Of a stretch of 64,000 bases of DNA, positions 8,251 through 18,283 are shown one piece after another (within the stretch, counting starts at the first letter, position 1; every line of letters begins with the position of its first letter). The DNA lies in contig CBDCSU010000006.1 of the NCBI GenBank assembly GCA_965221775.1, positions 2,016,001 through 2,080,000 on the forward strand, read 5' to 3'. The stretch is from Candidatus Latescibacterota bacterium. GTDB taxonomy: Bacteria > Latescibacterota > UBA2968 > UBA8231. The notes under the pieces are model-generated. The model was not told the DNA's origin. It ran no database searches and worked only from the letters and a program-made list of their open reading frames with translations. The position numbers and the translations under genes are program-made.

Positions 8251-9765
8251 ATGGTGACACCCAGGTGGACTGCCGCGGTGCCTGGCGGGGACGCTCCGCC
8301 GGGGCGGCGCTGGTGGTCTGCAGTTGCCGCGGCTGCGGCGCGGGCGCGGTTCCGTGGCGGAGATACCCCCACGCCGCCGGCGCAACCAGCAAGCGGACAC
8401 GGGTTCGGAGTCGGGCTGCTCCTGCTGGCGGTGACCCTGCCGGCGATGGGACCCGCCGCACGGGTCGAGTCGATGTCCGTCCAGGGGGCCACCGTGATCG
8501 AGGTGACCCTCCAGGGCGGTGAAGCATGGGGCCTGCTCGTCGAGTTCGCGCGATCGGTCCCGGGCCGCCAGCCCGACTACACCTGGAGCGGGGTCACCGA
8601 CATCTCCGGCCGGCTGGTGCTGACCATCCCCGCCACCGACCCGTCCATGGTCAGCGGGGATTACCGGGCGAGGGCCGTCAACCTGTACGGCGAGGTGGTG
8701 GGCGAGTGGCACCGGATCCCCGTCGACCGCGGAGGGCGCCAGGCGTATGAGCTGGACATCGGTTCAGGCCAGGTGCGGCGATTGTCCGCCGAGCCCGGGA
8801 AGGCGCTGGTGGCCCACTATCGTCTCGATGGAGACGCGCGGGATGCCAGCGGCAACGCCTATCACGGCACCCCATCGGGCGTAGAGCCGGGAGAGGACCG
8901 CTTCGGCAACGAGGCGGGGGCGCTGGTCTTCCGGGGGACGCAGGACCGCATCGATCTGCCCCACCAGGTGCTCGACGGTCTGCGGGACGTGAGCATCTCC
9001 CTGTGGCTGAAGACCACCAAGTCGCAGAGTCAGTCCATCCTGAGCGCCGCCAACCGGAGCGACGACAACGAGCACATGGTCTACCTGTGGGACCAGAGCA
9101 ACCTCCACTTCTTCTCGCACGGGGAGCACGGTGGCAACAACAGGTTCTGCTGGGTGAGCATCCCGGCGATCGCCGACGGGCAGTGGCATCACATCGTGGT
9201 GATCCGCAACGCCTCCGAGGGCAACGCCGACATCTACGTGGACGGCGTGGGTCAGACCGATCTCTGCGGAAGCCTCGAGTACAGAGCGCTGAACGTCGAG
9301 GCCGGAGGTCTGATCCTCGGCCAGGACCAGGACCGGCTGGGCGGCGACTTCGACCCGAACCAGGCCCTGGAGGGGTCGCTGGACGACCTCTGGATCTACG
9401 ACAGGGCCCTGACGGCCTCCGAGGTGCAGGCCCTGCGCGGCATGGTCGAGCCGGGTGCGGCCGGGCAGGCCGCGCTGGGGGCATCGGACTCCAGTGGCCT
9501 GGAGCCCAGCGCCCCCAACCCCTTCAACAACTCCACCTGGGTCCCCTACCGGCTGGCCGTCCCCGGTCCGGTGCGGCTGGAGATCCACAACATGCTCGGC
9601 CAGCGGGTGCGCCTCCTGGTGGACGAGTTCCAGGCCGCCGGCTCTCACCGGGTCCACTGGGACGCCCGCGACCAGGGCGGTGTGCCGGTGGCGGCGGGCG
9701 TCTATCTGGCGCGGCTGGCGCACCCCGAGGGCGTGCACAGCCGGCGGCTGCTCTACCTCGAGTAG
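8251..9765 (+). CDS. Secreted LamG-like jellyroll protein with C-terminal FlgD/T9SS-A-like domain (start uncertain)
   Basis: Hydrophobic signal (GLLLLAVTLPA); LVAHYRLDG, SISLWLK, DGQWHHIV, LILGQDQD, DDLWIYDRAL; C-terminal PNPFN...WDARD...AAGVY. Confidence 0.8.
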   Translation: MVTPRWTAAVPGGDAPPGRRWWSAVAAAAARARFRGGDTPTPPAQPASGHGFGVGLLLLAVTLPAMGPAARVESMSVQGATVIEVTLQGGEAWGLLVEFARSVPGRQPDYTWSGVTDISGRLVLTIPATDPSMVSGDYRARAVNLYGEVVGEWHRIPVDRGGRQAYELDIGSGQVRRLSAEPGKALVAHYRLDGDARDASGNAYHGTPSGVEPGEDRFGNEAGALVFRGTQDRIDLPHQVLDGLRDVSISLWLKTTKSQSQSILSAANRSDDNEHMVYLWDQSNLHFFSHGEHGGNNRFCWVSIPAIADGQWHHIVVIRNASEGNADIYVDGVGQTDLCGSLEYRALNVEAGGLILGQDQDRLGGDFDPNQALEGSLDDLWIYDRALTASEVQALRGMVEPGAAGQAALGASDSSGLEPSAPNPFNNSTWVPYRLAVPGPVRLEIHNMLGQRVRLLVDEFQAAGSHRVHWDARDQGGVPVAAGVYLARLAHPEGVHSRRLLYLE

Positions 9766-9848
9766 CGAATGACCCCTGATCGCCGGGACGGGGTTTCCCG
9801 GCGCAACGGACCCGGGCCGGAAGCACCGCGCCGTCCGGGCAGAGACGC

Positions 9849-11411
9849 ATGATCCGAACCCTCGTACGCAAGGAGCTGCTGACCAACCTGCTCACCTTGC
9901 GTCTTGGCGTGGCCGTCATCTTCAGCGTCGTCCTGTCGGTGCTGACCACGTTCATCGGCACCGTGGACTACGCCCGCAACGTCGATGTCTACGAGCGCGA
10001 GATCCGGGAGTACGAAGAGGGCCTGGAGGAGGTCACCGTCTACTCCCAGATCGGCCCGCGGGTCATCGTGCCGCCCCAGCCCCTGGCCATCCTCTGCCGC
10101 GGCGTGGTGAGCACGGCGGGACAGTCGATCTGGATCAACCTCGACCAGGTGCCGGTGTCTGCCTGGGAGCTGGCCGAGAGCTTCGACAGCAACTTCATGC
10201 GAATCCTCGTGCAGATCGACTTCGCCACGGTGGTGGCCCTGCTGCTCAGCTTCCTCGCCGTCGTCCTCGGCTTCGACGGCATCTGCGGGGAGCGCGAGAG
10301 GGGCACCCTCAAGCAGCTCCTCGTCAACCCGGTTCCCCGGGCCCACGTGGTCCTGGCCAAGCTGCTGGGCGGCATGATCTCCCTGTGGATCCCCTTCGCC
10401 CTGGCCTTCGTCCTCTCCCTGCTCATCCTGGTGGCCCACCCCGACGTGCACCTGGCCGGTAGCGACTGGGTGCGTCTCGGTGTCTTCTTCGTTCTCTCCT
10501 GCCTGTTCCTCGGCCAGGTCTTCGCCCTGAGCCTGATGGTCTCCTCCCTGGTCCGCGGCACCGACACGGCGCTCATCATCTGCCTCTTCGCCTGGCTGGT
10601 GGGCGGCGTGGGATACATCAACGTCCTGCCCTCCCTCAGCCGCTACGGGGTGAAGGCCCCGCCCGCCGACGAGTTCCGCGACCAGAACCGCCAGCTCTGG
10701 AACGAGTTCGAGAGGACGATGGAGGAGTGGGACGGGAGGAACCCCCCTCCGCCGCCCGCCTATCTCAAGGGCCTGGAGCGAGGCCGCGTGCTGCGCTACG
10801 CCCATCCCGCGGGCTACGAGTGGATGCAGCGGAGGTACGCCGCCGCCATGGACAAGCGCCTGGAGCTGGCCGACCGCCGCTACCGCTACCAATGGGCCAA
10901 CTGGGGGCCCCTGGCGCGGATGAGCTACATCGTCGACGAGTGGTCGATCCTGTCGCCCTTCACCAACTACCAGGTGCTCTCCTACCTGCTGGCGCGCACC
11001 ACCCTGGACGACCGCTTCCACCTGGTCGAGGAGGGCCGCGACTACCGCCGGACCTGGATCGAGTACCTGCGCGGAAAGGATGCCTTCGCCAGCCGCCGCT
11101 GGTTCAGCGACGATCCCGAGGGCCAGGAGCCGATGATCGCCGATCCGTCGTCGGTGACCGAGGCGATGCTGGCTGCCGACGCCCCGTTCATGCGAGAGCG
11201 CATGGCCTGGGCGGAGGCCCGGGAACAGGCTCGGTCCGCCGCCGCCGTGGGGCTGGACCTGACGGACATGCCCCGCTTCGGCGGCCCTTGGCAGCGATCC
11301 CTCGGCGCCTCCTTCGGGGTGATGATGCCGGGCCTCGCCATCCTGGTCCTGAGCTTCGGCCTGGCGGTGATGGTCACCATCTCGCGTTTCCTGCGCTACG
11401 ATCCTCGCTGA
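9849..11411 (+). CDS. ABC-2-type transporter permease subunit
   Basis: MIRTLVRKEL start; ICGERERGTLKQLL EAA-like motif; multiple TM segments. Confidence 0.8.
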   Translation: MIRTLVRKELLTNLLTLRLGVAVIFSVVLSVLTTFIGTVDYARNVDVYEREIREYEEGLEEVTVYSQIGPRVIVPPQPLAILCRGVVSTAGQSIWINLDQVPVSAWELAESFDSNFMRILVQIDFATVVALLLSFLAVVLGFDGICGERERGTLKQLLVNPVPRAHVVLAKLLGGMISLWIPFALAFVLSLLILVAHPDVHLAGSDWVRLGVFFVLSCLFLGQVFALSLMVSSLVRGTDTALIICLFAWLVGGVGYINVLPSLSRYGVKAPPADEFRDQNRQLWNEFERTMEEWDGRNPPPPPAYLKGLERGRVLRYAHPAGYEWMQRRYAAAMDKRLELADRRYRYQWANWGPLARMSYIVDEWSILSPFTNYQVLSYLLARTTLDDRFHLVEEGRDYRRTWIEYLRGKDAFASRRWFSDDPEGQEPMIADPSSVTEAMLAADAPFMRERMAWAEAREQARSAAAVGLDLTDMPRFGGPWQRSLGASFGVMMPGLAILVLSFGLAVMVTISRFLRYDPR

Positions 11412-11426
11412 GTCGGGAGCGGTCCC

Positions 11427-12821
11427 ATGGGAGCGATCTTCCTCCACCAGCTGCGCGACAACCTGCAGTCGCTGCGCTTCCAGATCAGCCTGGTCATCCT
11501 GCTGCTGTTCTTCGGGGCCAACGGCGTCATCTACACCATGAAGACGGGCCACCTCGCCGACGAAGTGACCCGCATCACCCGCCTCAACGAAGAGCGCTAC
11601 GGGCGCGTGGAGACCACGGCGGATGCGGCCTCCACCAGCTACAAGATCCGCTGCGCCGAGGTGGGCACCGAGTTCATGGCCGAGGCCGGCTCCGACTGGT
11701 TCCGCTACGCCATGTACGTCAACCCGGCTTCCGGCGAGATCCCCGGCTTCGCCAGCTCGCGCACCACCAACCGCTGGATGCGCCGTTTCGAAGTCGTGGA
11801 CTGGGCCGTCATCGTGCGCTACGTGCTCTCCTTCCTGTGCGTCGTCCTGGCCTACAACGCCGTCTGCGGAGAGCGCGAGAACGGCACCCTGTTGCTGGTG
11901 CTGACCAACTCCCTGTCCCGCGGCCGATTCCTGCTGGCCAAGGTCGGCGCCCATCTGGTCACCCTGCTCGCCGCCACCGCGGCGGGCAGCCTGCTCAGTC
12001 TGCTCGTCCTCGTCCTCGGAGGGGTGCTCGAGCCGGACGGTGAGGTGTGGCTGAGCTACGCCTTCTTCCTGCTGGGCACCACCCTTTTCATCACCCTCTT
12101 CCTGCTGCTGTCCACGGGCATCTCGGCCCTGGCCCGCAGCTCGGCCTCCTCCCTGGTGCTGCTGGTCACCGCCTGGACCGTGCTGATGGTGGTCATCCCG
12201 CAGACCTCGTACCTGGCGGCGGTGACGGCGGTGAAGTCACCGGGCGGGACCTGGCAACAGATCGACACCCACGAGAGGGAGGTGCGCACGGCCCTGCAGC
12301 GGGAGGGGGTCGAGCCGCGGCCCCCGGAGCTGGCCCGGGCCGATGACTTCGCCCTGGAGAAGCGCTACGCGCAGCGCATCCAGGAGATGGAGAAGGGCAA
12401 GGACCGCATCCGCCTGGAGGCGCTGGACCAGGAGATCCGGCAGTTCGAGGTCGCCCGGACCGTGAACATGCTGTCCCCCGGGTTCGCCTTCCAGTACTCC
12501 CTGGAGGCGTTGCTGCGCAACGGCATCGAGCGCTTCCGCAGCTTCACCCGCCAGGGCTGGGACTACCGCGAGACCCTGCGCGAGTTCCTGCGCGCCCGCG
12601 ACGCGGCCGACGCAGACTCGCCCCACGTGCTGTTTCTGGGGGACTACATGTCGCAGGAGAAGCTGGACCCGCGCCACATCCCGCGCTTCGAGGCGGTCCC
12701 CCTGCCGCTGGGGGAGAGCGTGGCCGCCGGCGTGGCGCCGATTCTGATCCTGGTGCTGGAGACGGGGCTGGCCTTCTTCTTTGCCTTGTGGGCCTTCAAC
12801 CGGGCGGAGGTGGCGGGGTAG
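11427..12821 (+). CDS. ABC-2-type transporter permease subunit (paralog of upstream gene)
   Basis: VCGERENGTLLLVL motif; TM segments; LSP motif and C-terminal PRF shared with the upstream gene. Confidence 0.8.
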   Translation: MGAIFLHQLRDNLQSLRFQISLVILLLFFGANGVIYTMKTGHLADEVTRITRLNEERYGRVETTADAASTSYKIRCAEVGTEFMAEAGSDWFRYAMYVNPASGEIPGFASSRTTNRWMRRFEVVDWAVIVRYVLSFLCVVLAYNAVCGERENGTLLLVLTNSLSRGRFLLAKVGAHLVTLLAATAAGSLLSLLVLVLGGVLEPDGEVWLSYAFFLLGTTLFITLFLLLSTGISALARSSASSLVLLVTAWTVLMVVIPQTSYLAAVTAVKSPGGTWQQIDTHEREVRTALQREGVEPRPPELARADDFALEKRYAQRIQEMEKGKDRIRLEALDQEIRQFEVARTVNMLSPGFAFQYSLEALLRNGIERFRSFTRQGWDYRETLREFLRARDAADADSPHVLFLGDYMSQEKLDPRHIPRFEAVPLPLGESVAAGVAPILILVLETGLAFFFALWAFNRAEVAG

Positions 12822-12852
12822 ACGCAGCGGATCGAAACCCCGGATTCACTCC

Positions 12853-14214
12853 ATGCAGATAGAGCGTTTCTTCGACGAACTGTCTCCGCGCTTGGAAACC
12901 GCAAGGGGTCTGGAACGGGAGCTCGACCAGAACTTGGCACGCAAATTCAACGTTCTCGACTACTTGAGAACGGATGAATTGGGGCTCTCCCGGATCATCG
13001 CGGATCTGGTCAACCCCAAGGCGAGCCATGGTCAAGGGGTGATGTTTCTCCGGACCCTTCTGGAGAATCTGGAGTGCTTTGGGGAGACTCTACGCTGGCC
13101 CGACCTCCATAGAGCATCAGTTCAGTGCGAGGAGAAGATCACCGGCGAGCGAAGGATCGACGTGGTGGTGAGATTCAATGGGCCGGATGGAGAAGTCCAT
13201 TGTCTGGCCTTGGAGAACAAGCCCTACGCCCTCGATCAGGAGAGCCAGGTCAGGGACTACCTCGAACATCTCAAGAGGAATGATCGGTTTCTCCTGATCT
13301 ACCTGTCGCCCCGGGGCGAAGGGCCGTCAGAGTTGAGTATCCCCAAAGATGAGTTGAAGAAGTGGAAGAACCGCTTTGTTATCATGCCCTACGTGGGAGC
13401 GCAAGAGGAGAGGAAGGACGGATTCGATACCTATCGCCTTCGGCATTCCCTCGCCGACTGGCTCGGCGAGTGCCGGAAGAACTGCGAAGTCGATCGGTTG
13501 CGCTGGTTTCTCGCGGACGTGGAGAGATTCTGTCAAGGAACATTCGGAGGGCAAGCGATGCCTGCTGATAGTGAGACCAAGGCCGTCGAGGATTTCGTGC
13601 AGGATCCGGACAAGCTGAGAACCGCTGAAGCGGTGTACAGGTCCTGGCCTGCCATCAAGCAGAAAGTATGCCGAAAGTTCCATGAGCAGCTGTGTTCCGC
13701 CATCGATGGGAGGGCAAGGAACAGTATGGTGCTGAAGAACATGCAGGTGAAGCACCCGAAGGAAGCTGACCACGAGGAGTACTGGATCTGCATGTATCGG
13801 GAGCGTTGGCCCCAGTACGAAGGAGCAGGGGAGACCATTGGAGACAGGCGCACCGCTATCCTTCTGATCAATGAGAAGAGCGGGCCGAACGATTGGTTCA
13901 TTGGTGTTGCGAGTCCAATGCCGAGGAGTGAGATGAAGGACAGGGACCAGGAGCGACGAATCAAGCTGGAGGAAAGACTTGGGGCCAAGTTCATGAGCAA
14001 GAAGACTGCCCCTTGGTTCCCATGGTGGATGTGGGTGAAGGGGGAAGTGCGAAACTGGGAGTCCGTGGTTCCGAAACTTCACGAGGAGAATCAGGCCCAC
14101 AAGGGAGGCCAGATAGCCGGCCAGATCACCAGGTACTTCGTCGACAAGTTCATCGAGATTGCGGAGGAGGCGGTACCGATCATCGACGACATCGAAGGCC
14201 CCGGCAAGACCTGA
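12853..14214 (+). CDS. PD-(D/E)xK nuclease family protein (PDDEXK_4-like)
   Basis: FNVL...SRIIADLVNPKASHGQG...RIDVVV...ALENK...DQESQVRDY...LIYLSP; visibly lower GC than neighbours. Confidence 0.8.
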   Translation: MQIERFFDELSPRLETARGLERELDQNLARKFNVLDYLRTDELGLSRIIADLVNPKASHGQGVMFLRTLLENLECFGETLRWPDLHRASVQCEEKITGERRIDVVVRFNGPDGEVHCLALENKPYALDQESQVRDYLEHLKRNDRFLLIYLSPRGEGPSELSIPKDELKKWKNRFVIMPYVGAQEERKDGFDTYRLRHSLADWLGECRKNCEVDRLRWFLADVERFCQGTFGGQAMPADSETKAVEDFVQDPDKLRTAEAVYRSWPAIKQKVCRKFHEQLCSAIDGRARNSMVLKNMQVKHPKEADHEEYWICMYRERWPQYEGAGETIGDRRTAILLINEKSGPNDWFIGVASPMPRSEMKDRDQERRIKLEERLGAKFMSKKTAPWFPWWMWVKGEVRNWESVVPKLHEENQAHKGGQIAGQITRYFVDKFIEIAEEAVPIIDDIEGPGKT

Positions 14215-14232
14215 ACCCGAACCCCCGACCTC

Positions 14233-14631
14233 TCAGGACTCCCCCCCGACCCACGCCCGAGAGGCCGCCATCCCGGCGGCGGCCGCCAGCAGGCAGCCGC
14301 CGACGCTCAGGCCGATGTTGGCCAGCATGGCGGTCCAGCGCCCCTCGTTCCACAGCTGGAGCGACTCGTAGCTGAAGGCCGAGAACGTGGTGAAGCCTCC
14401 GAGGAAGCCCGCCATCACCAGCAACCGCACGGCGGGGGCGGCGGTCACCCGGTCGGCGAGAACCGGCCCGAGGAAGCCGATCGCCAGGGAGCCGAGGACG
14501 TTCACCGCCAGCGTGCCATAGGGGAAGGACCCGGCGTGGGCGGCAACCCATCCGCCCAGGAGATACCTCCCGGCGGAGCCGAAGAACCCGCCCAGGCCGA
14601 CCACCGCCGCGTCCCTCAACCAGTCGCTCAT
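14233..14631 (-). CDS. crcB: Fluoride efflux channel CrcB/FluC
   Basis: GGFFGSAGRY, FPYGTLAVNVLG, GFLGGFTTFSAF motifs. Confidence 0.93.
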   Translation of the reverse strand: MSDWLRDAAVVGLGGFFGSAGRYLLGGWVAAHAGSFPYGTLAVNVLGSLAIGFLGPVLADRVTAAPAVRLLVMAGFLGGFTTFSAFSYESLQLWNEGRWTAMLANIGLSVGGCLLAAAAGMAASRAWVGGES

Positions 14632-14696
14632 CCTCGGACCTCTTTCCTCCGGGGAGAAGGTGGGCCGGGGCCGGCCGCAGGGAAAGAAGGGCAGCA

Positions 14697-15434
14697 ATGA
14701 CAGAGCGGTCCTACGACCCGGTCGTGCGCCGGGTGGAGGCTCTGGCGAGTCGGGACCGGACGGTGGAGACCATCGGGACGGTCGAGAGCCATCCGGTCCA
14801 CTGCATCCGGGCGGGCCACCCCGGGAGGCTGCGGGTCCTGCTCACCGGCGGGGTCCACGGTGACGAACCGGCCGGAGTGGAGGCGGTCCTGCGCTTCCTC
14901 GAGCGGGACATGGACCCGTGGCTCGGGCAGGTGGAGTTCACCGCCATGCCTTGCATCAATCCCGTGGGGTACGTGAGGGACACGCGCGACAACGGGGGCG
15001 GCGCCGACGTCAACCGCTCCTTCGAGAGCGACGACGTGCCCGAGGTACGGCTGGTCAAGCAGGTGCTGGCGGGATGCCGGGTCGACGCCTTTGTCGACTG
15101 CCACGAGGACTGGGAAGCCGACGGCTTCTACATGTACGAGGGACCGCGCCAAGGCCGCGCGGTGGGACCGGCTGTCATCGCCGCGGTGGAAGAGCGGGCC
15201 TCCATCGACCCGGACAGCGGCGAGGACAGCGAGCCGGTGTCGCGGGGGGTGTACGAGATCTCCCCGTCCTGGGGCCGGCAGGGGCTGGGGCCCTATGTCC
15301 TGCACGGACACGCCGCCCGCGCATGCATCTTCGAGACGCCGACGAAGTGGCCGCTGGAGCAACGGGCGGCCGTGCACCGGGTGGCGCTCGATGCCGCCCT
15401 GCGCCATTGGACAGGAGAGCCGGCGGGGGGCTGA
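14697..15434 (+). CDS. M14-family zinc metallopeptidase / desuccinylase-like hydrolase
   Basis: GGVHGDEPAG (HxxE), INPVG, DVNRSF, DCHED, FETP. Confidence 0.85.
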   Translation: MTERSYDPVVRRVEALASRDRTVETIGTVESHPVHCIRAGHPGRLRVLLTGGVHGDEPAGVEAVLRFLERDMDPWLGQVEFTAMPCINPVGYVRDTRDNGGGADVNRSFESDDVPEVRLVKQVLAGCRVDAFVDCHEDWEADGFYMYEGPRQGRAVGPAVIAAVEERASIDPDSGEDSEPVSRGVYEISPSWGRQGLGPYVLHGHAARACIFETPTKWPLEQRAAVHRVALDAALRHWTGEPAGG

Positions 15435-15449
15435 CACAAGAGGTCGCCT

Positions 15450-17024
15450 TCACATCCCCCAAACCTCGATCCCCGCCCCGCCGGCCGATCTCCGGCGATC
15501 GTGAAACACCTTGTCCTCCCAAGGCCTGTCCTCGCGCCGGTCGAAGATCACCAGGTGCCCCGCTTCGGCCCCGCAGCGATCCATGTATCCCGCCGTCTGT
15601 TCCACCCCCTCGGCGACCGTCCGCTCCAGGCTTCCGTGCAGAATCTTGCACTCGACCACTACCCTGAGCGTCCCTTCGCCCTGGGGCCATACAATGAGCA
15701 GGTCCGTCCGTCCCCGTCCCAACCCGTACTCCCGCTCGATCCGCCCGCCGCTGTTCACGATGCGCTGCAGGAAGGCCTGAAGCAGAAGCTGCGGTCCCGC
15801 CTCCTGGTACTGAAACCGCCCCACCCAATGCTCGGAGTGTTGGCGGAAGAACGCCTGGAAGGCCGACATCAGCCTGTCCAAATCCAGGCCCCCCTCGGCA
15901 TCCACGTACCACGCTGATTCCTGCTCGAATTCCTCCTGCACCACCCACGTCAGCTCGCGCGGAACAACCTCGGCGTAGATCGGATTGGCCATGCGCAACG
16001 GACGATCCTGGGCAATCAGACCCAGATCGCGCGCGTACTCCAGATCGCGGTCGCCAAAGCGGCGCTCTTCGCCGCCGCTCAGCAGCGGCTCCACCACCCG
16101 CCGCACGCGCTCCTCCTTGAGCTTGTCGGCCAACTGATCCAGGTGCGTCTCGCGGCGGAGGATCAGCTGCTCCTGCGCGTCGAGGATGGCCCCGGCTTCC
16201 ACCGGGTGGCTCCGGTCTCGCCCAGCCGCGCTCCTGAAGCAGGTCTCATAGGCCAGGGCGTTGACAAGCCACGGCTGCCCCCGGGTCTGCTCCCAGATCG
16301 TCTCCAGGGCGTCGTCCGTGAAGACCTGGCCCGTTTCCGCCGTGTGTTGCGCCAACAGGGTCCGCATCTCCCCGGCGCTGAAGTCGCCCAGCCGCAGCGA
16401 TTCGGCCTTGATGTTGAAGGCGCTGCCTCCGGCGATCATCGCATTCTCGGCGGTCGATTGAATCCGGTAATCGCGCACATCCCGCACTCCGCACAACACC
16501 ACGCTCTGCGGAAAGCCATCGGGCCGCAGATCGTAGCCGGCCCGCAACTGGCGCAGCACCGCCAACAGCGAATCCCCGATCAGGGAATCGATTTCGTCGA
16601 TCAGCAGCACCAGTGGCTCGGGGCTGGCCTCGGCCCAGCGCGTCAGGGCCTCGCGCAAGGCCCCCGCTCCAAACTCGGCGAAGATTCCAGCCCATGTCCG
16701 GGTCAGGAATTCGTCGCCCAGCGTCAGGCGCGCCCGGGAAGCCAAGTCGCCCAGGATAAGCTGGGTGGCTCGATCCACATCTTCGCGCATGGCTTGGGCG
16801 GCCTCCACGTTGACGTACACGCAGCGGTAGCCGCCTTCGGCGTTGATCAGGTCGCGCAGGGCCAGCAGCGAAGAGGTCTTGCCCGTCTGGCGCGGCGCGT
16901 GGAGGACGGAGTATTTCTCATCGCGGAGCAGCGCGCGAACCTCGGCGAGGTTCAGCCGGTCCAGCGGAGGGAGGCAGTAGTGCTTGTCGGGTTTGACCGG
17001 ACCAGCGGTGTTGAAGAAACGCAT
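15450..17024 (-). CDS. AAA-like P-loop ATPase with C-terminal PD-(D/E)xK-like domain
   Basis: RFFNTAGP start; HAPRQTGKT Walker A; LLIDEID Walker B; C-terminal REYGLGRGRTDLL...VECK. Confidence 0.85.
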   Translation of the reverse strand: MRFFNTAGPVKPDKHYCLPPLDRLNLAEVRALLRDEKYSVLHAPRQTGKTSSLLALRDLINAEGGYRCVYVNVEAAQAMREDVDRATQLILGDLASRARLTLGDEFLTRTWAGIFAEFGAGALREALTRWAEASPEPLVLLIDEIDSLIGDSLLAVLRQLRAGYDLRPDGFPQSVVLCGVRDVRDYRIQSTAENAMIAGGSAFNIKAESLRLGDFSAGEMRTLLAQHTAETGQVFTDDALETIWEQTRGQPWLVNALAYETCFRSAAGRDRSHPVEAGAILDAQEQLILRRETHLDQLADKLKEERVRRVVEPLLSGGEERRFGDRDLEYARDLGLIAQDRPLRMANPIYAEVVPRELTWVVQEEFEQESAWYVDAEGGLDLDRLMSAFQAFFRQHSEHWVGRFQYQEAGPQLLLQAFLQRIVNSGGRIEREYGLGRGRTDLLIVWPQGEGTLRVVVECKILHGSLERTVAEGVEQTAGYMDRCGAEAGHLVIFDRREDRPWEDKVFHDRRRSAGGAGIEVWGM

Positions 17025-17111
17025 CGCGGAAGCTCCTCATGCCTGCGGGCGGAAAACTCCGGGCCGTTCATCGGTCGCCGGATGGTGCCACCTACCTCCG
17101 CCGATGCTACA

Positions 17112-18269
17112 TCAACCAGCGCGATGAACAGCAGTCGCTTCATGGCCCTCCGGCGTCTGAACCAGGGTGAGCACGGCGATCTCGGAAGGGGCGCCGAGCC
17201 GCAACGGCGGTCCCCAGTAGCCGGTGCCCCGGTGGACGTAGATCCAGGTGTCGCGAACCTTGTGCAGGCCCGCGATGAAGGGCTGCTGCAGGCGCACGGC
17301 GTACTTCCAGGGGACGAACTGGCCGCCGTGAGTGTGACCCGACAACTGCAGGTGGCAGCCGGCGCGGCTGGCCGCCTCTATGCTGCGCGGCTGGTGAGCG
17401 AGGAGGATCCGCACGTCGGCGCCGTCGCTGCCGGCGAGGGCCCCGGCCGGGTCCGACGCGTGGCCGGGGACCATCTCGCCGGCGCTGAAGTCGGTGGCCC
17501 CGGCCACGGCGAGCCGTCCGCCGCCGCGGTCGATGTGGCGCACCTCGTTGATCAGGACGTCGAAGCCGAGGCGCCGGGCCTGGGCGGTCCACTCCTCCAC
17601 GCCCGAGTAGTACTCGTGGTTGCCGGTGCAGTAATAGACCCCGAGGGGGGCGGCGAGCCGGCCCAGGGCCGCCGTGTGCGGGGCGAGCTGTTGGACGGTG
17701 CCGTCGGCGAGATCGCCGGTGAAGGCGATCAGGTCCGGCTGCAACTCCTGGACCCTGGAGACGAGGCGCTCCACGAAGGGGCCCTTGATCGTTGGGCCCA
17801 CGTGGAGATCGCTGATCTGGACGATGCGCAGCCCCGCGAGCGCGGGAGGCAGGTCCGCCACCGGGACATCGATCCGGCGGACCGCCGGAGTGCGCCGGGC
17901 CTGGTAGTAGCCAAAGGCCGCCACGCCCAGGGCGAGGGAGAAGGTCGCCAGGTCGATTCCCGCGTTGAGCCCGGGGTCGATGGGGGTGACCAGCCCCAGA
18001 AGCAGGCCCCCCAGATCGCGCAGGACCAGCAGCGTCGAGGAGACGATGAAGAAGCCCATGCCCAGGTAGGCGACCCAGGAGAGGGGATCGCTGAGCCAGG
18101 CAAGGCGGGCACGGGAGCGCAGGCGGAAGAGCAGAAAGGGCAGGAGGAGGAGGAGGACCAACGCCGATGCCGCTCCGGTCTGAGCGGGGAGAGGCAGGTA
18201 GGGGATGAGGCGCCAGCCCGAGTAGGCGTAGACGGAGGCGAGCAGCGACAGGAAGAACAGCACCAACAT
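17112..18269 (-). CDS. Membrane-anchored metallophosphoesterase (YkuE-like)
   Basis: N-terminal TM helices; SDLH, TGDL, GNHE, HQP, SGHTHGGQ, WGPPLR. Confidence 0.9.
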   Translation of the reverse strand: MLVLFFLSLLASVYAYSGWRLIPYLPLPAQTGAASALVLLLLLPFLLFRLRSRARLAWLSDPLSWVAYLGMGFFIVSSTLLVLRDLGGLLLGLVTPIDPGLNAGIDLATFSLALGVAAFGYYQARRTPAVRRIDVPVADLPPALAGLRIVQISDLHVGPTIKGPFVERLVSRVQELQPDLIAFTGDLADGTVQQLAPHTAALGRLAAPLGVYYCTGNHEYYSGVEEWTAQARRLGFDVLINEVRHIDRGGGRLAVAGATDFSAGEMVPGHASDPAGALAGSDGADVRILLAHQPRSIEAASRAGCHLQLSGHTHGGQFVPWKYAVRLQQPFIAGLHKVRDTWIYVHRGTGYWGPPLRLGAPSEIAVLTLVQTPEGHEATAVHRAG

Positions 18270-18283
18270 GACAGGGCCTGTCT

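Noticed and set aside
14632-14700. Fluoride riboswitch upstream of crcB
   Set aside because: No GGCGATGG...TGATG-type consensus in the short divergent spacer.
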